The translations under genes were made by a program, and so were the position numbers. From contig CALCZA010000053.1 in assembly GCA_937906475.1 (NCBI GenBank), positions 31,392-95,391 on the forward strand: DNA of 64,000 bases, in the 5' to 3' direction. The notes under the pieces were generated by a model. That model was not told the DNA's origin. It ran no database searches and saw only the letters and a program-made list of their open reading frames with translations. Below, piece after piece: positions 29,295 through 38,229 of the stretch; the stretch's first letter is position 1, and every line of letters starts with the position of its first letter. Source of the stretch: an uncultured bacterium. Lineage in GTDB: Bacteria > Planctomycetota > UBA1135 > UBA2386.

Positions 29295-30680
29295 CTACTT
29301 GCCCTTCCCCTTGCCCTTCTTTTTGCCCTTCTTGTTGCGACGCTTCGTGCCGCCCCACTTGGCCGCGACCATCTCACTGTCGAAGTCGGTGAGAGCCTTG
29401 TCCAGCGCGGCGACCACTTCGGCATCCGCATCCGCGAGCGGTTGCGCTTCGCCAATATCCTGACTCAGGTCGAAGACCTCGTGCGCGGAACCGCCTGCCA
29501 AGTCCGCGATGTGCAACTTGTGCTGCCCAATGCGAACGGCGCGTTCCTTGCCTTGTCGCCAAAACAGTGGCCGGTCGTCGAGTTTACTGACAGCACCGGT
29601 TAGACGCGGCAACAAGTTGATGCCATCAAGCTGCCACTCAGGATCCACAACGCCGCCGGCAACTGCCGCAAACGTCGGCAAGAAGTCGAGCGAGATCACC
29701 GGGTCATCGATCTTCGTACCCGCCTTGATCTGCCCCGGCCAACGCATGCACATCGGCACCCGGATGCCGCCTTCGAACAGCGAGCCCTTACGACCACGCA
29801 GCTTGCCGTTATTGGCGCCCGTCAACGTCTGGCCGCCGTTGTCATTGGTGAACACAACCAGCGTGTTCTCCGCCAAGCCCGCAGCCTGCAGTGCTTGCAG
29901 CACCTTGCCGACGTTGTCGTCCAACGCCTTGACGAGGCCCGCATACTTGCGACGCTTTAATGGCGTGATGTGGGCAAGCTTGGCGAGATCCTCTTCCTTA
30001 GCTTGCAACGGTCCGTGCGGCGCCGTGAACGACAAGAACAGCAAGAACGGCTGGTTTTTGTTCTCGTTGATGAAGCGCACTCCGGCATCGCCAAGACGAT
30101 CGGTGGTGTAACCACCTTCTTCCGTCGCGACACCGTTCTCCTGAATCACACGATGCTTCGTCGTGCGCTTCATCGGGTAGTACGAACGCGAACCCTGCAA
30201 GCAGCCGTAGAACCAATCGAAGCCACGCTTGTTCGGGTGGTAGTCGGCGGGATACCCCAGGTGCCACTTGCCAACCAGACTGGTCGTGTAGCCAAGCGGT
30301 TGCATGCGCTTAGGCATGAACGTCTCGGACAACGGTAGGCCGCCATCCATGTAGCCAGGCGGGATGTTGAACTCGTGACCGAAGCGCGTCTGGTAGCGGC
30401 CAGTCATCATGCCGGCGCGCGACGGTGAGCAAACGCAACCGGACATGTAGGCGTTGGTCATGATGACGCCATCTGCAGCAATCGAATCGATGTGCGGCGT
30501 CAGTTTCGCCATGTCCTCGGCGCAATCCTGTTGGAAGCCGAAGTCGGCGTAGCCCGCATCATCGGCGTAGAGCAGCACGATGTTTGGCGAACGCTTCTGG
30601 GCAGCAGTCTGAGAAGTTGCCTGCGTTGCGAACGCAACGGCGACGGCTAGCAGCACAACGAAACTTCGGGATCCAAGCAT
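29295..30680 (-). CDS. secreted arylsulfatase family protein with polybasic C-terminal tail
   Basis: 461 aa with a signal peptide. It has LLYADDAGY, the formylglycine motif CVCSPSRAGMMTGRY, and GKWHLG. The C-terminus is TKRRNKKGKKKGKGKGK. Confidence 0.9.
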   Translation of the reverse strand: MLGSRSFVVLLAVAVAFATQATSQTAAQKRSPNIVLLYADDAGYADFGFQQDCAEDMAKLTPHIDSIAADGVIMTNAYMSGCVCSPSRAGMMTGRYQTRFGHEFNIPPGYMDGGLPLSETFMPKRMQPLGYTTSLVGKWHLGYPADYHPNKRGFDWFYGCLQGSRSYYPMKRTTKHRVIQENGVATEEGGYTTDRLGDAGVRFINENKNQPFLLFLSFTAPHGPLQAKEEDLAKLAHITPLKRRKYAGLVKALDDNVGKVLQALQAAGLAENTLVVFTNDNGGQTLTGANNGKLRGRKGSLFEGGIRVPMCMRWPGQIKAGTKIDDPVISLDFLPTFAAVAGGVVDPEWQLDGINLLPRLTGAVSKLDDRPLFWRQGKERAVRIGQHKLHIADLAGGSAHEVFDLSQDIGEAQPLADADAEVVAALDKALTDFDSEMVAAKWGGTKRRNKKGKKKGKGKGK

Positions 30681-30810
30681 GCGCCTAATTGTCGCACCGA
30701 TCTGCCATGCGGCAACGGCGCCTTTGCAGTTGTTTCGTGTGCGTTACGTGCCGACCGGGGAGGTGCCTCGCCGCCAGTGATCGCTAGCAGCGCAATTCTG
30801 CCGCGCCGCG

Positions 30811-32427
30811 GTGAGCGGCGAGCAGTTCGGTTGGCTACGATCGTGGCGCATGCTCCTCATCGCCGCCGTCGTGCTCGCCAACCTGGCCGCGCCCAATCTC
30901 GCACAACAGGACCCAGCGCGTTTCGCAGGCGTTCCGGAGCAGGATGCACGCCACTATTGGGTGCAACTACACATCGATTTTGCGAAGCAGGAACTCACCG
31001 GGGAGGTGCACTACACGTTCACTGCAGTCGAAGCACTGGCAACGATCCGTCTCGACGCCCAGCGTTCGGAGCATTGGCACGTCACGTTCCGCGACGCGAA
31101 CAACAAAGCCGACCTGGAAAGCACTTGGGGTGACTCCCACGTCGTCGTGACCTTGCCAACGCCTGCGGCCAAGGGCACCGACGTGCACTTCATGGCCACG
31201 CTGCAAGGCAAACCTGTCGACGGCTTCTACTTCAAGAAAAACCGCTACGGCGACTTGATGGCGTTTACGGATCACTACTCAATCCGCGCGCGCGGTTGGC
31301 TGCCGTGCGAAGACCACCCCGGGGATCGCGCGAAGTTCACGCTGATCATGACCTACCCCGAGGCCTACGAAGCTGTCGGCTATGGCTGGCACGCCGGCGC
31401 TCTGTCGGGGCGCATCACGCAAGCGGGCATGCGGTCCCAGGCGCTGACCGCGACGGCCGAGATCCCGCCCTACATGCTCGCCCTCGTAGTTGGTCCGCTA
31501 GCGCGCGTCCCCGAAACTGGCCACCAACGGCTCAACGATCACCTCGTCTACAAGCAGGACGTCGCCAAGGCGAAGCGCGAGTTGGTGAACCACGGTGCCT
31601 GGATCACGGCCATGGAGAAGGCGTTCGGGGAGTATCCGTATAGCAAGTACATGACGGTGCAGTGTCCAACACGCTGGGGCGGCTTCGAAGCACCCGGCAA
31701 CGTGCAACTTGCCGAAGGCCTGTTCGACTTGCCAGGTCGAGGACAAGGCACGCTGGCGCACGAACTCGTGCACATGTGGTTCGGCGATGCCGTCGGCTAC
31801 TCCGAATGGCGCGAAGTGTGGCTCAGCGAAGGCTTCGCGAGCTACTTCGGCCCGTGGCTGCACGCGCAGACCGGTGGCCCCAAGCTGTCGGTCAGCATGC
31901 AAAACTTGCGCGACCGCTGGCGCAAGAGTTTCGAAGGACGCACCAAGTCGATCCGCGACGACCGCTTCCCGCATCCTGATCAAGCGCTCAACTCCAACAC
32001 CTATCCGAAGGGCGCCTGGGTGCTTCACATGCTGCGCGGCGAAGTTGGCGATGAGGCGTTCTTTGCTGCGCTGAGAACCTACGTCGATCAGTGCCGCGGC
32101 AGTTCGGTGATCACCAAAGACTTCGTGCGCATCATCGAACGCGAAACCAAGACCGAGCTCAGCTGGTTCTTCACGCAATGGCTCGACGGCGTCGGTTGCC
32201 CAGAACTCAAGGTTGCGATGACCGACGGCGCCATCACGATCGAGCAAGTACAGAAGGGCACGCCCTACAAGTTCTGGCTGCGACTGCGGTGGCAAAACGA
32301 AGCTGGCCAGCCCGTCGAGAAGCGCGTTCGCGTGGCTGCTGCGACCATGCGCCTGCCGCTCGGAGGCGCGTGCAATAACCTGCACATCGACCCGGACACT
32401 GAGTTGCTATTCCGAGTCGCCAAGTAA
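30811..32427 (+). CDS. M1 family metallopeptidase (aminopeptidase N-like)
   Basis: 538 aa with a signal/TM N-terminus. It has the HELVHMWFGD (HEXXH) motif and the WLSEGFASY downstream Glu motif. The start is GTG at 30811, or the ATG at 30850. Confidence 0.85.
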   Translation: MSGEQFGWLRSWRMLLIAAVVLANLAAPNLAQQDPARFAGVPEQDARHYWVQLHIDFAKQELTGEVHYTFTAVEALATIRLDAQRSEHWHVTFRDANNKADLESTWGDSHVVVTLPTPAAKGTDVHFMATLQGKPVDGFYFKKNRYGDLMAFTDHYSIRARGWLPCEDHPGDRAKFTLIMTYPEAYEAVGYGWHAGALSGRITQAGMRSQALTATAEIPPYMLALVVGPLARVPETGHQRLNDHLVYKQDVAKAKRELVNHGAWITAMEKAFGEYPYSKYMTVQCPTRWGGFEAPGNVQLAEGLFDLPGRGQGTLAHELVHMWFGDAVGYSEWREVWLSEGFASYFGPWLHAQTGGPKLSVSMQNLRDRWRKSFEGRTKSIRDDRFPHPDQALNSNTYPKGAWVLHMLRGEVGDEAFFAALRTYVDQCRGSSVITKDFVRIIERETKTELSWFFTQWLDGVGCPELKVAMTDGAITIEQVQKGTPYKFWLRLRWQNEAGQPVEKRVRVAAATMRLPLGGACNNLHIDPDTELLFRVAK

Positions 32428-32622
32428 CGACAGATACGCCGCCTGATTCGCCACCCCAAGCTGGTTAGCAACCTCACTGTGAGACCGTAGTTCCGGCTCG
32501 AAACGCCGACCACTTAGACACAACGCAATCCGTCCGACGCCCTTGGACGACCGCAGTGGCTGTGCTTACCCTGGAAGCCCCTTGCCGCGACGCAAAGATC
32601 GTCGGCGGTAACTGCGTGATCT

Positions 32623-33621
32623 ATGAAGCGTGACGACCGAACCCCTGACCTGAGCGCACGACTACTCGCCGACAAATCGGCGATTGCGTGGCTACAAAAA
32701 CACACCGGCGGCAGCCCTACTGACGTCGACCACGTGCAGTCGTTGTGGAGCGGCTATGGCGAGATCGTGCGCGTGCACCTCGCTTCTGCCAGCGTGCCGA
32801 GCGTGATCGTCAAATGGGTTGAGCCACCGCAAAACATGAAGCACCCGCGCGGCTGGACCGGTCGCGCATCACACGAACGCAAGTTGCGTTCGTATCGCGT
32901 CGAGCAGTGCTTCTACTCAGACTGGATCCCAGACTTCGAAACGTCGCACCGCACCGCCAAGTGCCATCACGCCGAAGCCACCCAGCATGGCTGGCGGTTC
33001 TTGCTCGAGGACCTCGACAACTCAGGCTTCGCACGTCGCTGCATGAGTCTCAACCATTCGCAGATCGACGACTGCCTGCGCTGGCTCGCGTCGTTCCACG
33101 CGCACTTCCTCAACCGAAAGCCGACGGGCCTGTGGAAGACCGGCACCTATTGGCACCTCGCCACGCGCCAGGACGAACTCAAGGCGCTGAAGGACCCGCA
33201 ATTGCGCGCCGCCGCACCCAAGCTCGATAACGCCCTCAACAACTGTCGCTATCGCACTCTCGTGCACGGTGACGCCAAGGTCGCGAACTTCTGCTTCGGC
33301 ACGAACGACGTCGCCGCCGTCGACTTCCAATACGTCGGTGGTGGCTGTGGCATCAAGGACGTCGCCTACTTCCTCAGCAGTTGCCTGACCGACGGCGAAT
33401 GCGAAGCGCAGGCACCGCAACACCTCGACACCTACTTCGCGTTCTTACGCAGCCACCTTGGTGACGACGTCGACAAGGATGCAGTCGTCAACGAATGGCG
33501 CGGCCTGTATCCGGCGGCATGGGCTGACTTCCATCGCTTCCTGGCAGGCTGGGCGCCGAGCCACTGGAAGATCCATCGTTACACCCGGCAGATGAGTGAG
33601 CGGGCGCTCGCGGAACTGTAG
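32623..33621 (+). CDS. phosphotransferase-fold kinase-like protein (APH/choline-kinase/ecdysteroid-kinase-like)
   Basis: 332 aa. It has the catalytic-loop-like LVHGDAKVANFCF and the DFQYVGGGCGIKDVAYFL (DFG-like) region. Confidence 0.6.
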   Translation: MKRDDRTPDLSARLLADKSAIAWLQKHTGGSPTDVDHVQSLWSGYGEIVRVHLASASVPSVIVKWVEPPQNMKHPRGWTGRASHERKLRSYRVEQCFYSDWIPDFETSHRTAKCHHAEATQHGWRFLLEDLDNSGFARRCMSLNHSQIDDCLRWLASFHAHFLNRKPTGLWKTGTYWHLATRQDELKALKDPQLRAAAPKLDNALNNCRYRTLVHGDAKVANFCFGTNDVAAVDFQYVGGGCGIKDVAYFLSSCLTDGECEAQAPQHLDTYFAFLRSHLGDDVDKDAVVNEWRGLYPAAWADFHRFLAGWAPSHWKIHRYTRQMSERALAEL

Positions 33622-33657
33622 GACCGGACACGACAGGAAGCTGCCGCGGCGCAGGAG

Positions 33658-34890
33658 CTACTTCTTCATCTGCAGCAGCGCGTCGGCAAACGCGACGCCA
33701 ATCTGGGCCATGGTCTTCGCGCAACCCAGGTAGTGGTAGCCAGCATTGGATGCACCGCGCGCATACGTCGCCGCATCCTCCGCATCGACGATCTTCTTGC
33801 GGTAGTCGTCAACGTAGTCGCGCTGCTGCTGCTTCGACATCGAGCCATCCTTGTTGGCGTGGTTCTTGTTCTTGGTACGCAGCATGCGCGCCATGTTGTT
33901 GACGTTGCCGATGCGGCCACCAATCTCATCGAGCGTCTCATCCCAATAGGGTGACGTCGGCACAGCGACGACATTGCCGCGAAAGCTCTTCATGCCTGCC
34001 GGTTCGGCCATCGCGGCGCGAAAGTTGACGTGCACCGCACGCTTCTTCGTATCCTTGATCGGTCCGCCTACGCCCATGACACCAATCACGAACGGCAGTT
34101 CCTCGGCTTGCAGATCCTTGCGCACATCGCGAATAAAGGCTGCCATGCAATCCGTGTATTGCGCGTAGCCGTTCGGCTGGTCACGCGTCGGGTAGACACC
34201 GCGATCGACCATGTCGTTCCATCCCTGGAACCAAACGAACCCAGCAAGTTCGTAGCCACGACCAGCTTTGTACTTCGGATAGACGCGCTTGATGTCGCCG
34301 AGCACGCTCTTCACGTGCTCCATCATCAACCGGTAGTAGTGGCCCGTCGCCGCCACCTTGTCGGCCTTGATCTTCTCGATGTCCTTGCCCTGCTTCTTGA
34401 ACTGCGCCAGTTGCTTGGCGCCAAACTCATACGCACCAGCACTCGGCGGCCGGAAATCCGTGTGCAGCGACTTGCCGCCCCATGCCGTCTTGATGATTAG
34501 GATCGGCCCGTCGCTGTGATCCTGTAGGTGCAAACCAAACGTGAACTCCGGCCCAATCTTGCCACCGTCCTCGGCAGGGTTACGACGCGAGCCGAAGCCA
34601 GCGGTCAACTTGCCAACACCTTCGCCGTTGGTGCCGCGCGTGCCGGTCAGGTACGAAACCCAAACGTCGTCACACACGCGTGGCTTGCCCTTCTTGTCGA
34701 CCATCTGGGCCAGCAACGGCGCAGTCTTCTGATCCTCGCCGATGTAGTCAAACGTAGTCACCTTGGCGTGGCCTTCCATGTTCGATTGGCCAGCAAGGAT
34801 GTAGATCTTGAGTTTCTGCGCCGACGCGCTGCTGCAAAGCAATGCGAGGACACCAAGGCAGGCAAGAACGCAGCGAATCGGGCTTATCAT
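33658..34890 (-). CDS. sialate O-acetylesterase-like carbohydrate esterase (SASA/DUF303 family)
   Basis: 410 aa with a signal peptide. It has the IYILAGQSNMEG motif and WFQGWND. Confidence 0.7.
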   Translation of the reverse strand: MISPIRCVLACLGVLALLCSSASAQKLKIYILAGQSNMEGHAKVTTFDYIGEDQKTAPLLAQMVDKKGKPRVCDDVWVSYLTGTRGTNGEGVGKLTAGFGSRRNPAEDGGKIGPEFTFGLHLQDHSDGPILIIKTAWGGKSLHTDFRPPSAGAYEFGAKQLAQFKKQGKDIEKIKADKVAATGHYYRLMMEHVKSVLGDIKRVYPKYKAGRGYELAGFVWFQGWNDMVDRGVYPTRDQPNGYAQYTDCMAAFIRDVRKDLQAEELPFVIGVMGVGGPIKDTKKRAVHVNFRAAMAEPAGMKSFRGNVVAVPTSPYWDETLDEIGGRIGNVNNMARMLRTKNKNHANKDGSMSKQQQRDYVDDYRKKIVDAEDAATYARGASNAGYHYLGCAKTMAQIGVAFADALLQMKK

Positions 34891-35084
34891 AGCGATTGCA
34901 GGCTACCGCCTGAGGATAGGCTCCTCACCATCGAAGCCACTCGCCACCTCATTTAGAAGTATCGTGTGCGTCTCCTCCGCCGACTCTCGGCCGGCGGCCA
35001 AGATCGTCACCGAATCGACCGCTCGCACCAGCTAGCCGCCGCGACTACGCTGCCCGCACCTCTCACCCCTCTCGGAGCCTGACC

Positions 35085-36428
35085 GTGCCCGTAACTGACT
35101 CGCCGTTCTGGAATCCCAAGACCGAAACGCTGCCCAGGGAGCAACTGCAAGCACTGCAGTTGGTCAAGCTGCAGCACCTCGTTCGCCGCGCCTGGGATAC
35201 GTCCCCGTTCCATCGTCGCCTTTACGAGAAGGCCTCGGTCACTCCTGACCAGATCAAGACGTTCGACGACATCCACCGCTTACCGTTCATGACGCGCGAG
35301 GACTGGATGGAGTGCCAGGCGCAGAAGCCGCTGTTCGGCGACATGATCACGCGGCCGGAGAGCGAAGCGATTCGTTACCACCTGACATCCGGAACATCGG
35401 GGCGACAGCCACTGCGCGTACTCGACGGCCGCAAGGACTGGTCGTGGATCGCCGACATGTGGTGCTACGGCTTCTGGGGCTTTGGCATTCGTCCAACGGA
35501 CAAGGTGTTCTTCGCATTCTCCTACGGCTCGTTCATCGGGTTCTGGGGCGCGCACTACGCTTGCGAGAAGATGGGCACGCTGACGCTCGCTAGCGGCAAC
35601 ATGTCGACCGAGCAACGCGTCAAGCAGATCGTCGAGATGGGCGTGACCGTTGTCTGTGCGACGCCGACCTACGCGCTACGCATGGGTCAGACCGCCGAGA
35701 AGATGGGCATCGACCTCAAGAAGGACGGTAAAGTCCGACGCATCATCGTCAGTGGCGAACCGGCCGGCTCGATCCCCGCGGTCAAGCAGATGATCGAAGA
35801 TATGTGGGGTGGCAAGTGCGGTGACACCGCCGGCATGACCGAAATCGGCACCATCATGATCTTCGAGTGTGATCACCAACCCGGTGGCCCCCACATCATC
35901 GAAGACCACTTCATCGAAGAAGTGCTCGACCCGGACAGCGGTGAACCAATGGCGTATGGCGAACGCGGCGAACGCGTCGTGACGTCGTTCGGCCGCGGCT
36001 TCATGCCGCTGATTCGCTACAAGACCAAGGACCTTGTCTGCAAGGTGCCGTACACGACGTGTGACTGCGGCCGCACCGGCGACATCTACGAAGGCGGCAT
36101 CCTCGGCCGCGTCGACGACATGAAACTGGTGCGCGGCACCAACGTCTACCCGCGCGCCGTCGAAGCCGTGGTCCGCGAACACTCCGAAATCGAAGAGTTC
36201 CAGATCATCCTGTCGCGTCGCGATGACGTGCAGGACGAGATCACCGTCAAGGTCGAGCTAAAGCCCGACCAAGCGGACCAGTGGACACGGCTCGAAGGGC
36301 AACTCCAGAAGGACCTCGCCGAAGCGCACGAAGGCCTGCGCTTCAATGTCGAGTTAGCTGCTCAAGATGAGTTGCCGCGCTTCGAACTCAAGGCCAAGCG
36401 CCTGCAAGACCTTCGCCCCCAATACTAA
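35085..36428 (+). CDS. phenylacetate-CoA ligase-like (PaaK/F390 synthetase family) adenylate-forming enzyme
   Basis: 447 aa. It has the N-terminal FWNPKTETLPREQLQALQL..L, HLTSGTSGRQP (P-loop), TAGMTE, and DDMKLVRGTNVYP. Confidence 0.85.
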   Translation: MPVTDSPFWNPKTETLPREQLQALQLVKLQHLVRRAWDTSPFHRRLYEKASVTPDQIKTFDDIHRLPFMTREDWMECQAQKPLFGDMITRPESEAIRYHLTSGTSGRQPLRVLDGRKDWSWIADMWCYGFWGFGIRPTDKVFFAFSYGSFIGFWGAHYACEKMGTLTLASGNMSTEQRVKQIVEMGVTVVCATPTYALRMGQTAEKMGIDLKKDGKVRRIIVSGEPAGSIPAVKQMIEDMWGGKCGDTAGMTEIGTIMIFECDHQPGGPHIIEDHFIEEVLDPDSGEPMAYGERGERVVTSFGRGFMPLIRYKTKDLVCKVPYTTCDCGRTGDIYEGGILGRVDDMKLVRGTNVYPRAVEAVVREHSEIEEFQIILSRRDDVQDEITVKVELKPDQADQWTRLEGQLQKDLAEAHEGLRFNVELAAQDELPRFELKAKRLQDLRPQY

Positions 36429-36439
36429 GGAGACTGACG

Positions 36440-36646
36440 ATGACTAACGAAGCAACCGACCTGCTCGGCAACGCGCTCTCCGCGGACGAACGCGAACTTG
36501 TCGACATCTACACGCGCCTCAAGGCCCTCAGTGGCCGCGACGACTTGCCTCCAGTCGCCACTGCCAACGCCAAACAAGCGATGGTATTGATGTGGAACGC
36601 ATGCAACGACCTGGCTTTGATTTGCGAAGAGCCAGGGTGCGACTAG
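36440..36646 (+). CDS. small Cys-rich hypothetical protein coupled to the PaaK-like gene
   Basis: 68 aa. It starts 11 nt after the PaaK-like stop and is preceded by AAGGAG. GC3 is high. The C-terminus is WNACNDLALICEEPGCD. Confidence 0.6.
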   Translation: MTNEATDLLGNALSADERELVDIYTRLKALSGRDDLPPVATANAKQAMVLMWNACNDLALICEEPGCD

Positions 36647-36708
36647 CCATCGCACGCGTTCAACAATCTGCTTCGGTAGTGATTAGTCAGGGGCCGGGTG
36701 CCGGCTAG

Positions 36709-36735
36709 GCAGAGAAGTACTACCATTTTCTCTGC
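36709..36735 (+). terminator. hairpin after the PaaK-like/small-ORF pair
   Basis: GCAGAGAA-11 nt-TTCTCTGC (8-bp stem) with a T-rich 3' arm, about 60 nt after the small-ORF stop. Confidence 0.4.
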
Positions 36736-36789
36736 ATCGAAGGGATGCTCCGCAGAGCTGTAATCCCTGGAGTTTCACCACAATGATCG

Positions 36790-38079
36790 GTGACCAGCGA
36801 TACGAACATCTGGCTCCCAGCCACCAGCAAACGCAAAATGAAACGAGTTTCTTTCCTCTCAGATGACTGCCCGCCCATGGGCATCTATGAGACCCTTTAC
36901 GGATTCAAAGACAGCTTTGGCCAATTCATGGGGACGCCAGGCACGCATCCTTGGTCGCAGGGCTTTCCGCTTACGACACAGCTAGAAGGCGGCCCTGAGT
37001 TGCCTAGCAGCGTAGACGTCACGTGGGAAGATCGATTTTACCCCAAGGCTTGGGGCCACCCGCGCCTGCGGGAGGCAATCGTAGAGCACTACAACAGCTA
37101 CTACGGATCCTCGATCACGCCCGAGAATGTGATGGTCTTTGCTGGCGGCCGACCCGGGATCCATGCGGTCATGGCGCTCTTAAAGAAGCACGTCGAGGTG
37201 CGCATCGGTAACGCCGAGTGGCCTGCTTACCTCGACATCCTGACGCAGACAGACACCGCCTGGAAGGTCGTGCCCTTCACCAAAGAAAACGGCTTCCACC
37301 CGTCGAATGCAGCCTACTTCGATCGCTCGGGGCTCAACGCGAAGACGCATCTGTTTCCAATTATCTCTAATCCTGGAAACCCGACTGGTTACACACGTTG
37401 CGACACCGAACTCGAAGAGTTGATCGGCCTCGCCGAGCAATCGACGAACGGGATCTTGCTCGACGAAGCTTACGAGATGTTTCACTCGTCCAAGGGCGTC
37501 AGTGGCATCCGCTACGTTAAGGATCTCGACAACAGCAACATCTTCTTGGCTGGCGCCTGCACCAAGGGACTGCAATGCCCAGGCATTCGCATCGGCTGGG
37601 TCATTGCGAGTAAGAAGAACGTCGAGACTCTGTCAAACTTCTCCAGCTTCGGCATGGGAGGGGTCAGCCACCCTTCACAGCTTTATGCCGCCGAACTCCT
37701 AGAGCCGAGTCGGGTTGCAAAGGCTCGCATCGCAGTTGACAAGCACTACGGCATGCAGCGAACGCGTTACGGCGAGGCTTTTGCGAACATGGGTCTCGAC
37801 GTCCATACAGGCGACGGAGGGTTCTATCACTGGCTTGAGTTGCCCGAGGGTTTGAATGCCGAAGGACTCAACCAGCGACTCTTCAAACGCGGCGCGGCGA
37901 TCCTGAAGGGGTTTGATTGCGATATGGCTCGGCCACACACGAAGGACCCAGGCTACGTATCCCCGTATGAGTCCTACTTCAGGTTCTCATTCGGCCCATT
38001 GCTGCCCGAGACCTTTGATTCGGACATCGCAATCATGAAGCAGGTGCTCGAAGAATATCGGGCAGACGTGGGGGCGTAA
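36790..38079 (+). CDS. class I/II PLP-dependent aminotransferase
   Basis: 429 aa. Motifs present: NPGNPTG, LLDEAY, and ACTKGLQCPGIRIGW (Schiff-base Lys region). The start is GTG at 36790 or the ATG at 36838. GC3 is visibly lower than in flanking genes. Confidence 0.8.
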   Translation: MTSDTNIWLPATSKRKMKRVSFLSDDCPPMGIYETLYGFKDSFGQFMGTPGTHPWSQGFPLTTQLEGGPELPSSVDVTWEDRFYPKAWGHPRLREAIVEHYNSYYGSSITPENVMVFAGGRPGIHAVMALLKKHVEVRIGNAEWPAYLDILTQTDTAWKVVPFTKENGFHPSNAAYFDRSGLNAKTHLFPIISNPGNPTGYTRCDTELEELIGLAEQSTNGILLDEAYEMFHSSKGVSGIRYVKDLDNSNIFLAGACTKGLQCPGIRIGWVIASKKNVETLSNFSSFGMGGVSHPSQLYAAELLEPSRVAKARIAVDKHYGMQRTRYGEAFANMGLDVHTGDGGFYHWLELPEGLNAEGLNQRLFKRGAAILKGFDCDMARPHTKDPGYVSPYESYFRFSFGPLLPETFDSDIAIMKQVLEEYRADVGA

Positions 38080-38229
38080 TCGTCTGGGCGTTTGCCCACA
38101 CGCCGCAGGGGTGCTCTCGCATCCAGTCGATGTCGGACTCCCCATCCCCTAGACAGATTGGCCTAACGTGCTTGGCTCCAACGTTGACAGGTGATGCTGT
38201 CGGCAGAGTTGCTGGCTAAGCTCTAGGGC

